From: Octopus vulgaris
Lineage: Eukaryota
Length of the DNA stretch: 64,000 bases
Assembly: GCA_951406725.2 (NCBI GenBank)
Contig: OX597831.1
Coordinates: forward strand, 70,184,001-70,248,000
Reading direction: 5' to 3'
Under the pieces are notes generated by a model that saw only the letters and a program-made list of their open reading frames with translations, did no database searches and was not told where the DNA came from. This document shows, one piece after another, positions 28,661 to 42,044 of the stretch (the stretch's first letter is position 1; every line of letters begins with the position of its first letter). A program made the translations under genes and the position numbers.

Positions 28661-28924
28661 ATAGCTGCTCAGTGCCTCTCCGAAAGAGAGAGAGAGGGAT
28701 ATATATATATACATGTATACATGTAAATAGAGAGAAAGTAAAAACTGAAAACCTTCAGTAGCATCTGTTGGACTTTCGACACCACACCTTCTTTTCTTCC
28801 TTTAATTTTCTTTGAAGAGGCAGTCCCATGCCTACTTAAAAACTTTTTATTTTCTCTGTCTTTGTTTCTCTGTGTATGTTTGTGCTGTTAATATATAAAT
28901 ATCTATTTATTTAAACTTAAAATT

Positions 28925-30712
<1,788 letters not shown>

Positions 30713-31186
30713 TATGTATATACATACACACATACATGGTGGCTGCCCCCTCGTTATCAAGTATGGCCATTGCACGAAGCTTTATCAATGTTGTTATCGT
30801 GCAATACCTGTGCAAGAAGATTTTTTTTAAAGTGATCCTTTCCTCACATACATACATTCATACATATATATATGTATTTTTATATATCTATATATTTATA
30901 TATTACTTTATATTTTTACGTATTTATTATTCTAGGTGTTGTAATGTTTTTAAAAAAATATATATTTCTTAATCACTAAAGTATTACCTTTTAACTGTGA
31001 TGAACTGTATTCACACATTTTTCTTGCATTTTCTTATATGCTTGTACTGATGAGTTATGTTTCATCTTCCGTGATGTTATACATGTATATTCTATGTGAA
31101 AGAAGAAGCATTATGTGATTAAATGTTCGAGATATGAAATGTTACGTGGATGACCTTGTATTTCTTTGTTCTGCAACCACAGTTTA

Positions 31187-31243
<57 letters not shown>

Positions 31244-32050
31244 TATGTATGTATATGCAAATACATGGTGGCATATATCATGTTGTAAGGGAAGAGCACT
31301 GATTGCCATAATTTCCCAAGTCAGGTGTAATATTCTTGGGTCATTCTATCTTTATACACATCACCATGATATGATGTTTTCATCAATACTTAGGTATCTG
31401 TAGCATTCTTTTTGTGAAACAAGGGATAGAGAGGAATAGTTACTGCACAGATTCTGAGTTTAAGGAAGTGATTTTTCTCATGCAACCATTTACAAATATT
31501 TCTTCTGGTGAAATTCCACCCCTATGCCAGCTGAAAATATGGTTACTAACTCCAGCTGTTATTTAACATTGTAAACATATTTATTATAAATCTTCAGGTC
31601 ATCCACAAAGAAATGAAGGATTATATTTGCTTCTTCACCAGTTGCAGACTCTAATTGGGTAACTATTAGATTTTCATAACAGAAGTGGGAATAGATTTAA
31701 TGCCAAAATAGACAGAATTACAGAAAAACTACTTCCTTAAAAATAGAAATAATACATTTCTAAATATCTCAGAGATATTTATGCAGTAGTGGTCCGATAA
31801 AGTAGTTGCATATTGTCAACTTAATGTGACAGTCCCATGAAGGGAACCATACTACTGCTATTTAGCCCTAGGAAGCAGCAATGCTTCCTGTCAGCCTTGA
31901 CACATTTGCTGTATCCTTATGTTTACAAGGGGGAGATTGACAGTATATAACTACTTCATAGTACCACTACTGCATAAATCTCTCTGAGATATTTAGAAAT
32001 GTATTATTTCTATTTTTGTAATCAGTGAATGTATTTCACTAGAATCCTTA

Positions 32051-33299
32051 CGAGGGGCGTTCAATAAGTAATGCCCCTGACACACTTGCAGTTGCATGTG
32101 CACTTATTTATATCTCTATAGATGAAGTGGCGAATTACAGCTCTGAACTAATTGTGGTTTCTGATTTACAGGTGTTTCAACCGAGTCAAGTGTGAAATGG
32201 AGCCTGTTGAGTGTCGAGCAGTGATCTGGTTTTTGTATTTGAAAGGACGCACACCACGGGAGACTTTTGATGAAATGAAAGTAACTTATGGTGATGATGC
32301 CCCATCATATGACCTTGTAAAACGCTGGCATTGTGAATTCACACATAGTCGGAACTCTGTGGAAACAGCTCCCAGATCTGGTCGCCCCCTTCTGCCGTTG
32401 ATGAGACATCTGTCCGTCAAGTTGAGGCTGCCATTTTGGAAGGTCAACGCATAACTATTTGCCAAATAGCCCATAAGGTCAAGATTAGTACCGGGTCTGT
32501 GGAAACTATCATTCATGACCATTTGCATATGCAAAAGGTGTCTGCCAGATGGAATTCCAGGTTGCTCACACCTTTCCAGAAGCAAGAACGTGTTGAGTGC
32601 TCGAGGATGAATTTGGAGATGTGCCAAGAAGATGAGTCAAAATTTTTCAAAAGACTGATCACACAGGATAAAACCTGGGTCCATCACTATGATCCATAGA
32701 CCAAAGCCCAGTCAATGCAGTGAAAGCACCGTGACTCACCTCCTCCAAAGAAGGCAAGGGTGCAGCCCTCCGCTGACAAAGTTATGCTCACAGTCTTCTG
32801 GAACCAGGACGGAGTAGTGATGACAGATTTCCTGGCAAAGGGTACCACAATTACAGGAGCCTATTATTCTTCACTTTTGAGGAAATTAAGAGAAGCTATC
32901 AAAATCAAGAGGCGGGGCAAGATCAGCAAAGGCATCCTCCTCCTGCAGGACAACGCTCCGGTCCACAACTCGCGTGTCACCAGATCAGAAGCACAGGCGT
33001 GCAGCTATGAACTCCTCCCCTTGCACCCTCTGATTTTCACCTCTTCCCAGCCATGAAGTTGATTTTGAAAGGAAAGCGTTTCCCAGATGATGCAGCCTTG
33101 ATTTCTGAAGTCACGTCGTGGTTGGAGGACCAAGCTGGGGTCTTCTACAAAAACGGTCTCCAGAGCTGTATCAAACGATGGGAGAAATGCATAACTCTGG
33201 GTGGTTCCTATGTAGGAAAAGACTAATAACTGTGCCAAGTTTCGTTGCTCTACTCCTATGGGAAGTGGGTCAGGGGCATTACTTATTGAACGCCCCTCG
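32051..33299 (+). mobile_element. Full-length mariner (Tc1/mariner) transposon
   Basis: TIR CGAGGGGCGTTCAATAAGTAATGCCCCTGAC at both ends, TA duplication at 32049-50 and 33300-01, 1249 bp. Confidence 0.97.
32197..33226 (+). pseudogene. Mariner transposase pseudogene
   Basis: MEPVECRAVI start, ITQDKTWVHHYDP, LLQDNAPVH, LAPSDF; frameshift ~32388, stops at 32697 and 32721, deletion before LAPSD. Confidence 0.92.
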
Positions 33300-33353
33300 T
33301 ATATGTTTGCAAGGGCTAGATAGGCATCTCCAGCTAGCAAGCCATGCTACTCA

Positions 33354-33390
33354 AGACTGATGATGAGCAAAGACTCAGAAACTAGTCTCT
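33354..33390 (+). ncRNA. Minimal type I hammerhead ribozyme motif
   Basis: AGA-CTGATGA-TGAG-CAAAGA-CTCA-GAAA-C-TA-G-TC-TCT: intact core, 4-bp stem II, palindromic ACTAGT stem III, GUC site, 3-bp stem I. Confidence 0.75.
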
Positions 33391-33972
33391 GGTTGCAGGC
33401 TTAGCTGGGTGGAGGTGCTTATCTCCCCCTTGTAAACATAAGGACACAGGAAATGTGTCAAGGCTGACAGGAAGCGTTGATGCTTCCTAGGGCTAAATAG
33501 CAGTAGTATGATTCACTTTTCACATTAAGTTGACAGTATACAACTACTTTATTTCTTCAAAATATTCCCTTTAAGAACATTTATAACATCAGAGATAATC
33601 CTATCACCCTCAATTGTAAGTGTGAGGAACTGTTGTCCAGGTCTTTGTAGATCTCTCAGTATCCAACTATTAGTTCTTTTCCATGTAATTTCCTATTATG
33701 CCGTTTGCTTACAGCTATGGTGAAAATTTGCAGAATTCTACAGCATCATTTGAAGGTTTTAATGAAATAGCAAGTTGAGTTTCATTTAATACTGCTTGAA
33801 TTTTCAGAGCCAGTGTTCATATTTGCTTCAATTGTATGACTTATCTACGCTCTCTGTTTTTTTAATGATAATAAGTGAATAAGGAACATGATACAAATAT
33901 CTTCATTCCTCTATGTGAGTGTGTTTGTGTGTTGATCAATTAACCCTCGGCCCATCGGTTGATAAAGCCATA

Positions 33973-34206
33973 CCTATTTCTTTACTACCCACAAGGGGTT
34001 AAACACAGAGGGGACAAACAAGGACAGACTCACGGATTAAGTTGATTACATCGACCCCAGTGTGTAACTGGTACTTATTTAATCGACCCCGTAAGGATGA
34101 AAGGCAAAGTCGACCTCGGTGGAATTTGAACTCAGAACGTAATGGCAGACGAAATACGGCTATGCATTTTGCCCGGCATGCTAATGTTTCTGCCAGCTCG
34201 CCGCCT
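33973..34206 (-). mobile_element. SINE family B, full length
   Basis: Head GGCGGCGAGCTGGCAGAA, B box GAGTTCAAATTCC, tail ...GTAGTAAAGAAATAGG. Confidence 0.9.
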
Positions 34207-34599
34207 TATAAAGCCATACCATCACTTCTTGATCTGCGACCTAGTCTGCATTAGACAAGTGGTATGCTGTGTATCAGTAGAGGTTATGTATTTTAAGCAA
34301 ACTCATAGTGCAGGTCATTCAGTGACAACATGAGGACAAATCAAGCAATAGCATTGGGGACAGGTGGAGAAAGCTACGGGAGGGGGGTCTGTAGCTTGAG
34401 CTTTTTTCATATGGTGATATGAAGTAGATGGCTGTTCAGTGAAACTTATGAGGGCAATTTCACAATGTCTCTTCTTTGATCTTCAGAGCAGCCTATTTAG
34501 GATGGCACTGTTTTCTCTCGTGTGGAGAGTGGCTAGAAAAGGTGCCCTAGAAATTGTTTGCTCACACTATCCAGTCATTATACTGCAAATAACTGGAAT

Positions 34600-34950
34600 T
34601 TCAAGAATGTAGTTGAAAAATATGAGAAGACGAAGGATAAAGTGGGGGGAAACAAATATGAGTACAGTAGGTTGGAACATACATACACTCCAGGACCACA
34701 AGAAAATGGAGTACAAAACAATACTTATAAAAGTAAAAATCTTAGTATTGCTGCTCTTTCAGAGACAAGGCTACCAGATCCTGGTCAGCTGAATGAAATA
34801 GTTGGAGGATACACTTTCTTCTGGATTGGTAAATCCGAAGTGGAATAATGGGAATATTTGTGGGTTTCACTATTAATAATGTTATCGTACATTAACTAGA
34901 ATCTTTACCAAATAGAATTAATTATTGTCTTACATCAATGGAATTAATGA
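34600..34950 (+). mobile_element. RTE/BovB-like LINE 5' fragment (APE endonuclease)
   Basis: IAALSETRLPDPGQLNEIVGGYTFFWIGK is the RTE APE N-terminal motif; degraded. Confidence 0.85.
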
Positions 34951-34955
34951 TTGCC

Positions 34956-35252
34956 GTACTTATTCTATCGGTCTCTTTTGCTGATTGTCAAGCAGTGATG
35001 GGGGGACAAACACAGACACAAAGGCACACACGCACACTTTGATGTGAGGAAAAATATAGACAAAGGCACATACACACACATTTATAAATATACAAAGGAC
35101 TTCTTTCAGTTTCTGTCTACCAAATCCACTCACAAGGCTTTGGTTGGCCCAAGGCTATATAAGAAGACACTTGTACAAGATGTCACACAGTGGGAGTGAA
35201 CTTGGAACCACGTAGTTAGGAAGCAAGCTTCTTTCCACACAGCCATGCCTGT
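34956..35252 (-). mobile_element. SINE family A, degraded
   Basis: Partial match. Confidence 0.75.
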
Positions 35253-35414
35253 GTATGTATTACATCTTTATATTTATTCATTATTACATATCTTAAAGAT
35301 TTCATTTCATTTTTCTCATATGATCGTGTATATGTCTGTGTGTGAGTGAATCTACATTTTATGAATATAAATATATGTTTTTACATATACCTATACATAC
35401 ACACAAATATATTT

Positions 35415-35433
35415 CTATTTATCTTTCTGTCTG

Positions 35434-35501
<68 letters not shown>

Positions 35502-35512
35502 CCTATCTATCT
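35415..35512. repeat. (TCTA)n microsatellite
   Basis: Direct reading. Confidence 0.95.
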
Positions 35513-36204
35513 ACACCCACATACACACATATATATGTATGTATATAGTTATGTATATGCACGTGTGTGTGTGTTTACATATAGTTAAATGTACATATGT
35601 AAATGTGCATGTGTGTGTGTGCATCCATGTGTCTGTATAAGTAAATAGCTATATGTAAATTTTTAAAACTATCTCATTAAATACTTCACAAAAAAAATAT
35701 ACACTCCAACAGAATTCAACTGTAGAAATATTTTTAAATATTAACACTAGTTATTATAGAGATATCAGAGAAATAACTGTTAGAGAGAGACAATATGAAA
35801 AATTTGACATTTGAAGTGGAACATGATTTTAGAAAAATATTCTATGATCATATAATTTAATATTTTCTGAAGCAAAACACATATATGTTGTACGAACATT
35901 ATTAAAATTGGTAATACAAGAAGTCAATGTTGATTAACAGGCGAAAAAAATTATTATAAATATCAAAAATCCTCAAGAAAAATTATTTTCAAGAATTTTT
36001 CTAATATACCATTCCACTTCAAATACCAAAGTTCTCATTTTATCTCCATAGTAGCTATTTCTCTAATATCTTTCTAATAACCGTTCATAATATTTTAAAA
36101 TGTTTCTGTTGAATTATGTGTTTGTATTTTTTCGGTATATCATATTTAATGAGCTTTGTTCTTGAAAATCATTTATACTCATGTACACAAATATATACTT
36201 ACTC

Positions 36205-36285
36205 AGACATACATACATACATGCATGGATGCATGCATGCATGCATACATATATACATACATACATACATACATACATACATACA

Positions 36286-36315
<30 letters not shown>
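36205..36315. repeat. (CATA)n microsatellite
   Basis: Direct reading. Confidence 0.95.
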
Positions 36316-36318
<3 letters not shown>

Positions 36319-36839
36319 GTTGTGCACATGTGTGTTTGTATATGTGTATATAAAAATATGTACAATTATATATGTTTATATATATGTATATATATACACA
36401 TCATACATATGTATACACACATGTGAGTGTTAGTATGTAGATGCATACACACACACACACACACAGTTGAATGAGAAATTAAATGAAATATAGGTTTCTG
36501 TGAAATACTTTGATCGTGCATTTTATAATGATTATATGTAACTATTGAGAGGCCGTACCAACTAGATATTTTAACTTGCTGTTAAATGTAGCGATTTTAA
36601 GCTGTTAAAAAGTAAACAGTGAAACTTTCTGATTTTACTTTGTGTCTCCTGATATCTAAATAAAACATACACAGATTCTAATCTGGTGATGTTAGGTGGA
36701 AATACTGGATTAAGGCAACTATTTTTTAATATTTTACTTTCTGTGTGGTTATTTGCAGACATTTAGAAGCACATTTCAGTATGTTCAGTTCCTAGAAAAG
36801 TCACTCAGCCACCTATTGTCCTATTGTTCACACTTCTAG

Positions 36840-37585
36840 CATCATCATCATCATTATCATCATTTAGCGTCCATGGTCCATGCTGGCATAGGTTGGATGA
36901 TTTGACCAGGGCTGGCAAGCTGGAAGGACTCCAGTCTGATTTGCCATGGTTCCTATGACTGGATGCCCTTCCCAATGCCAACTACTCTGAGAGTGAAATG
37001 GATGCATTTATGTGCCACTGACATAGGTGCCATTTGTGTGACACTGGTATCTGCCAACACTGTGATTTTACTTGGCTTGACAGGTCTTCTTCTCTAGCAT
37101 GACATAAGGCCAAAGGTCTCAGTCATTGCCTCTGCAAGGCCCAACACTTGAAAGGAGCTTTTTACGTACCACTGGTATCAGCCACTTTGCCTCCATAAGG
37201 CCTAATGCTTGCATGGTGTTTTTTTAGGTGCCACCTGCATGGATGCCAGTTACACAACACCAGCATCAGCCATCACAGTGATTTCATTTGGCTTGGTAGG
37301 TCTTCTCAAGCATAGTATATTGCCAAAGGTCTCAGTCACTAGTCATTGCATTTGTGAGGCTCAAATTTCGAAGATCATACTTCACCACCTCATCCCATGT
37401 CTCCTTGGGTTTACTTCTACCACAGGTTCCCTCCACAGTTAGAAACCGGCACTTCTTTACGCAGCTGTCCTTGTTCATATGCATCCCATGACCACACCAG
37501 CATAGTCATCTCTCTTGCACACCACATCTGATGCCTCTTATGCCCAACTTTTATCTCAAGATGCTCACACTCTGTCAAACATTGA
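36840..37585 (-). mobile_element. RTE LINE 3' fragment, older
   Basis: (CAT)n tail; the reverse complement encodes degraded W.GH and G...KPRRHG, homologous to 29428-30712. Confidence 0.8.
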
Positions 37586-37689
37586 TGCCCACCATCACCT
37601 TAAATCCCTCTCTCTTTCTCTCTTCTCTAATCATTAGAAGACTGAATTTTCTATGTTACTTCACAGTGAGTTTTCATTTTAGAGAAGTT

Positions 37690-38060
37690 TGGTGAAAGCA
37701 GTGTTTTTGCCCTTGTTATCTGCAAAACCTTCTAGTGTGTCTAACATTCAAATCTCCTATCAAAATATTCTGCTTGTGAGCTACACACAGCTCTCTTCTC
37801 TTGGACAACATGTGTTGATGCTGCTCTTTCTGCCTCAATCTCTATAGATTCAGGTGTTGCCAGAGTTTTGTTTCTCACTCTCATTTTTCTATGCATCAGC
37901 GATTTACTTGATACCAATTTCTTTTCTTGTGCAGTAATGCCCATTTCTCTCTAACCTCTCTGCTAGTAATACCCATTCCCCACTCTAACCTTCTCCAACT
38001 ATGTATCTTTCTCATACAATCTAGAAATCACATGCCAAACCTGCAATGATTCCTGGAACC
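37690..38060 (-). mobile_element. Possible LINE APE endonuclease fragment
   Basis: Weak resemblance to RTE APE spacing; heavily degraded. Confidence 0.35.
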
Positions 38061-39024
38061 ATGCCAATCTAGTTTCCTTTATAAATAGTAAAAATAAAGT
38101 AAAAGAAACTCAAGGGAACATCTACCCCCCCCCTGCTACACCCCTAGACACGAGTGTCAGAGCAAGAAATGATTCATCTAAGGCTTTCAGTAATTTATAG
38201 TAAACTCTCAAAACAAATAATTCATCAGACATTTACAGGTCCACAATTATAAAAATAATAAAAATTCTCAGTAGTAAACCATTCTTCTTTAGGGATTGTT
38301 AAAATAAATTTCGTTTGCTGGATTCCACTGTAAAAAAGTGAAACAAAAAATGGAATCCTTTTGAGGTATTCTACATATATTTGGTAGGTAATAAGGGGCA
38401 TCGATGATATTGAGAGATATCACAGAATTTGCACTATGCATCTCTTTCTAATCATTCTCAATACTTTTATCCTCGTTCTCTATTTCCTCTTCATCATCAT
38501 CATCTTCACATTCATTATTGTAATTATTTCAACATCTGTTTCTATGGTAACATTGGTTAAGCCATCTTGTATTGTCATGTTTTAGAAGTCTGATTCCTTG
38601 AACATTATGTGACTTTAGGTTTTGTTTTGAAACAGCAACTTGAAATAACGAAGTGCAACAGTTCTAATTAATGGAACTCAAATCATGCATAACTAAAACT
38701 CATCCCCATTTACAAACTCAGACTGCCTGCCATCTGCTCTTCTCACAGTGGTACTCTAACACTACAAAATAATTTGTCTGCTACTCAGTGCTCTCAGGAT
38801 AAGGAATTCAATTTATGCTGAACTTTCAGCAACTAATTCATAACTTGTTATTTTGGTTTTTGGTGACTGTGTTTCATGTATGTTGCTTGAGTTAACTTTA
38901 TGAAGGAGTTGACTCAAGCAACAATTATGAAACACAATTACCAGACAACAAAATTGTGCTAAAGTGACAATCAAAATAACAAAATAAACAACTGTAACAA
39001 ACAAGCACAATTTCTATCTGTGGG

Positions 39025-39258
39025 ATGACGTCAGCAGCTGGGCGCGTTGACCAGAATTTGGGGCAACCAGAAGGGGCAGCCAAGAGGCACATGCAGGGAG
39101 CAGTGATTTCGGCCTTTCGAACCAGGGTCGTCGAGGTGTTAAGACGTGTGAAGACGTTGCTAAGGTTGGGTGAAGCAGCTACTATCTTTAGCGTTCGGGT
39201 CGGGGCTGTGACAAAGGATCCGTTACCACTGAAGGGTCTCTATCAGGGCGAAGAGAAG
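39025..39258 (+). CDS. Candidate (first) coding exon of an unidentified host gene, 78 codons, phase-0 donor
   Basis: GC/CpG-rich non-repeat block; ATG at 39025, open frame MTSAAGRVDQNLG...GLYQGEEK, then AAG|GTAGGT at 39259; the other two + frames contain stops. No protein family recognised. Confidence 0.45.
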
Positions 39259-39829
39259 GTAGGTGCTTTTATATTCGAATCTCGCACACACTACACTATC
39301 CTCAAATGAAAATTCTACACAGATAGATTTATAGGTTCCATCTGTTCATTTTATATTAAAGAACAGTTTGACTCCGTGCAATGGCTGCTTGAACAGACAG
39401 TAATATTTGATTTTGTGTAAGAATCGCTGCTACTATTGTTGTTCTTATTACTGCCACTGTCGTCAAGGCAACTTATTTGACTATTTGGAACATTTTTATT
39501 AATTGTTCACTCAAAAATTCATTTTCTTTCACCTTTTGTACTTTAGTTGTGTATTTTGACTTGATGTTGTCTTTTCATTGTGTTGTTTTATCTTGTAACA
39601 TAATTGTGTGTGTGTGTGTGCTAATTAGATTAAAATGTGAAAATATAAAGTGTATAAATAAAATTCTTAAAGTTTATGAAAGAACTTTTTTCTATTGTCT
39701 GAACTTTGGTATCCTTAGGCAGTTACAGTTCTTTCAATGCAAATTTCATTTGGTAATACTTGAATAGACCCTGCTTCGTAGTGAAAATCCCAAATTGTAT
39801 TTCCACACCACATGTGCTTCCATATATAT

Positions 39830-40145
39830 TAGCCAAATACTTGGAAACCCCAAAGTATCAGAACTACAAAAAACTGTTCTCGTAGATAATGCCCACATTA
39901 TGAGAAAGACATTGTTGGCCTGAAAATACCTGATTCTCTTATAATTCTTTGAAATCTGAAGTATTCCAAATTTAATACAATTTTAGTTCTCAGATTCTGG
40001 TTTCCTTGCTTTACAATATAGCATTGCTAATCTTTAATGACACCCATAGTAAAACATCCAACTTGCTATTACTTGAGACTTGGAACAACTTGTATAAAAT
40101 AAATCAACAGCAATGCAAATAACAATAATAAAATAACAATAAAAA
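39830..40145 (+). mobile_element. R4/Dong-like LINE 3' end
   Basis: GNPKVSELQKTVLVDNAHIMRKTLLA* resembles the R4 C-terminal LQK.VL.GTAHILRK motif; followed by an (AAT/AAC) tail. Confidence 0.75.
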
Positions 40146-40254
40146 TTGCAGAAGTAGTTGTTGTTGTTACTTACTGGCAGGGAATAAAAAAAATCAACAA
40201 CAAGAATTATGAAAATGTTGAAATCTAAGTAAAAAATTTGAACTTTAGGATGCT

Positions 40255-40585
40255 ATGCTAAAATGGTAACAAGAAATGCCCCTACATTGTCATTACCAGG
40301 GGAAACTGAACTGGGTGGAAATAAAAGAAGCACATCATTAACTGAGAAGGGCAGTCCTAAAATCTGAGGTAGAAAGATTCTTGATTGTAGCCAAGGATCG
40401 AGGACTTCACACCATAAAGCACCAAAAAGCATGTTATGAAGTAGAATATAGTAACTGCAAGATATATGAAGTTTTGGAAGAAACAAATAGCCTCATTGCT
40501 TCTGATAACCAATCTTGGCCAAAAGAGAATACATCCACAAGTATAACAGATTTCATACATTGGAAATTATGCCAACATTATTAAA
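40255..40585 (+). mobile_element. R4/Dong-like LINE zinc-knuckle region fragment
   Basis: LKSEVERFLIVAKD, SNCKI..EET, LAKREYIHKYN, IHWKLCQHY. Confidence 0.8.
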
Positions 40586-40610
40586 TACAAGGGCCATTTT
40601 AAAATTTCAT

Positions 40611-41030
40611 AGGTGCAGGAGTGTCTGTGTGGTAAGTAGCTTGCTAACCAACCACATGGTTCCGGGTTCAGTCCCACTGCGTGGCATCTTGGGCAAGTGT
40701 CTTCTACTATAGGCTTGAGCCGACCAAAGCCTTGTAAGTGGATTTGGTGGATGGAAACTGAAAGAAGCCTGTCGTATATATGTATATATACATATAAATG
40801 TATGTGTGTGTATATGTTTGTCTGTGTTTGTCCCCCTAACATTGCTTGACAACCGATGCTGGTGTGTTTACGTCCCCGTCACTTAGCAGTTCGGTAAAAG
40901 AGACCGATAGAATAAGTACTGGGCTTACAAAGAATAAGTCCCGGGGTCGATTTGCTCGACTAAAGGTGGTGCTCCAGCATGGCTGCAGTCAAATGACTGA
41001 AACAAGTAAAAGAGTAAAGAGTAAAAGAGT
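40611..41030 (+). mobile_element. SINE family A
   Basis: Full-length copy. Confidence 0.9.
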
Positions 41031-41089
41031 ATCAAGATACTCTTGTGGAATGTTACCAAGTAAGGTTTATTTTTCTACATAGTCTCCCC

Positions 41090-42044
41090 TTGTGGTCTAA
41101 GCCAGGAGAATGGGGAGGGCGATACAAGTTCAAAGCCACACTCATGCAGAGCATGCACTAAAACCAAAGGCTTGTGTGTTGGAGCATTATCCTGATGAAA
41201 CAAAGCACTTTTTGTCAGTTTTCCTGGGCATTTAATATTGATAGCCTTTTGAACTGTTGCCCTTTTCAAGATAGTCAAATACCTTTTGCCTTCCAAAAAA
41301 ACCGAGGCCATCACCTTCTCTGCAGATGAAAGGACTTTGGCCTTCTTTGGAGCAGGTGAAGGAGAGTGTTTCAGCTGTATAGACTATCTTTTTGTTTCTG
41401 GTTCAAAGTGATGAACCCAACACTCAAGCCTAACTTAGGAAACCAGCTGGATCTACCCCAAACAATATCGGATTTTCCTATAATGTGATCAGCCTGGTGT
41501 ATTTTTGATCAAGTGTCAGAAGACATGGCACCCACCGAGCAAAAACCTTCATTATGTCAAGCTCATTTAGCTAAATATTCCCAACTCTTTCTTGAGATAT
41601 GCTAAGAGGATTGGCTATTTGATTTATAGTCAATCGCCTGTCATCCATCACCATGTGGTGAACATAATCAAGGTTTTCTTCAGTGGCTGAAGTTGCAAGA
41701 CATCCAGACCTTCCCCTCCTAAATTCAGCTACCCACTTTTGCACTATCGATAAAGCTGGAGTGTCATCTCCTAGTGTAGCAACCATGTCAGCATGAATGT
41801 CCTTAGGTGCCAAACCCTTTTTTGGCAAGTACTTGATAACAGCACAATGTCAAATTTTGTCAATTTTCAAGAGAAGTCACTAGTAGTTACTACTGAAGTC
41901 TTCTTTGCACAGCCAGATGTCAATCTAACTGGAAAGAAAGAATGCAGTTATTGATAAGAAGAGCTGAAATTTATGCATGCAAGATTTCACGGCTTAAACA
42001 TCAGTTGTTTATAGTCAGCCTATGAACTTATCAGCCTGCTCTCA
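41090..42044 (-). mobile_element. Degraded mariner, different family (Himar1-like TIR)
   Basis: One TIR GGCTGATAAGTTCATAGGCT near 42044; peptides KGLAPKDIHADMVATLGDD..WVAEFRRGR, MASVF and LFHQDNAPTH; 3' end lost. Confidence 0.88.

Larger units (their letters stand above)
31739..33552 (+). mobile_element. Hammerhead-bearing ~342-nt non-coding unit with inverted partial copy (retrozyme / PLE pseudo-LTR-like), split by a mariner
   Basis: 31739-31819 is inverted at 31937-32017; 31797-31937 is inverted at 33421-33552; TTGACAGTATA(T/C)AACTACTT occurs at 31937 and again at 33530. Confidence 0.75.
31290..33900 (-). mobile_element. R4/Dong-like LINE RT relic (two flanks: ~31290-31738 and ~33555-33900)
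   Basis: Minus strand 31586-31609 encodes FVDDLKIY and ~31380-31405 encodes YRYLSIDEN, typical of R4-clade RT; the middle is occupied by younger insertions and the right flank assignment is weaker. Confidence 0.6.
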
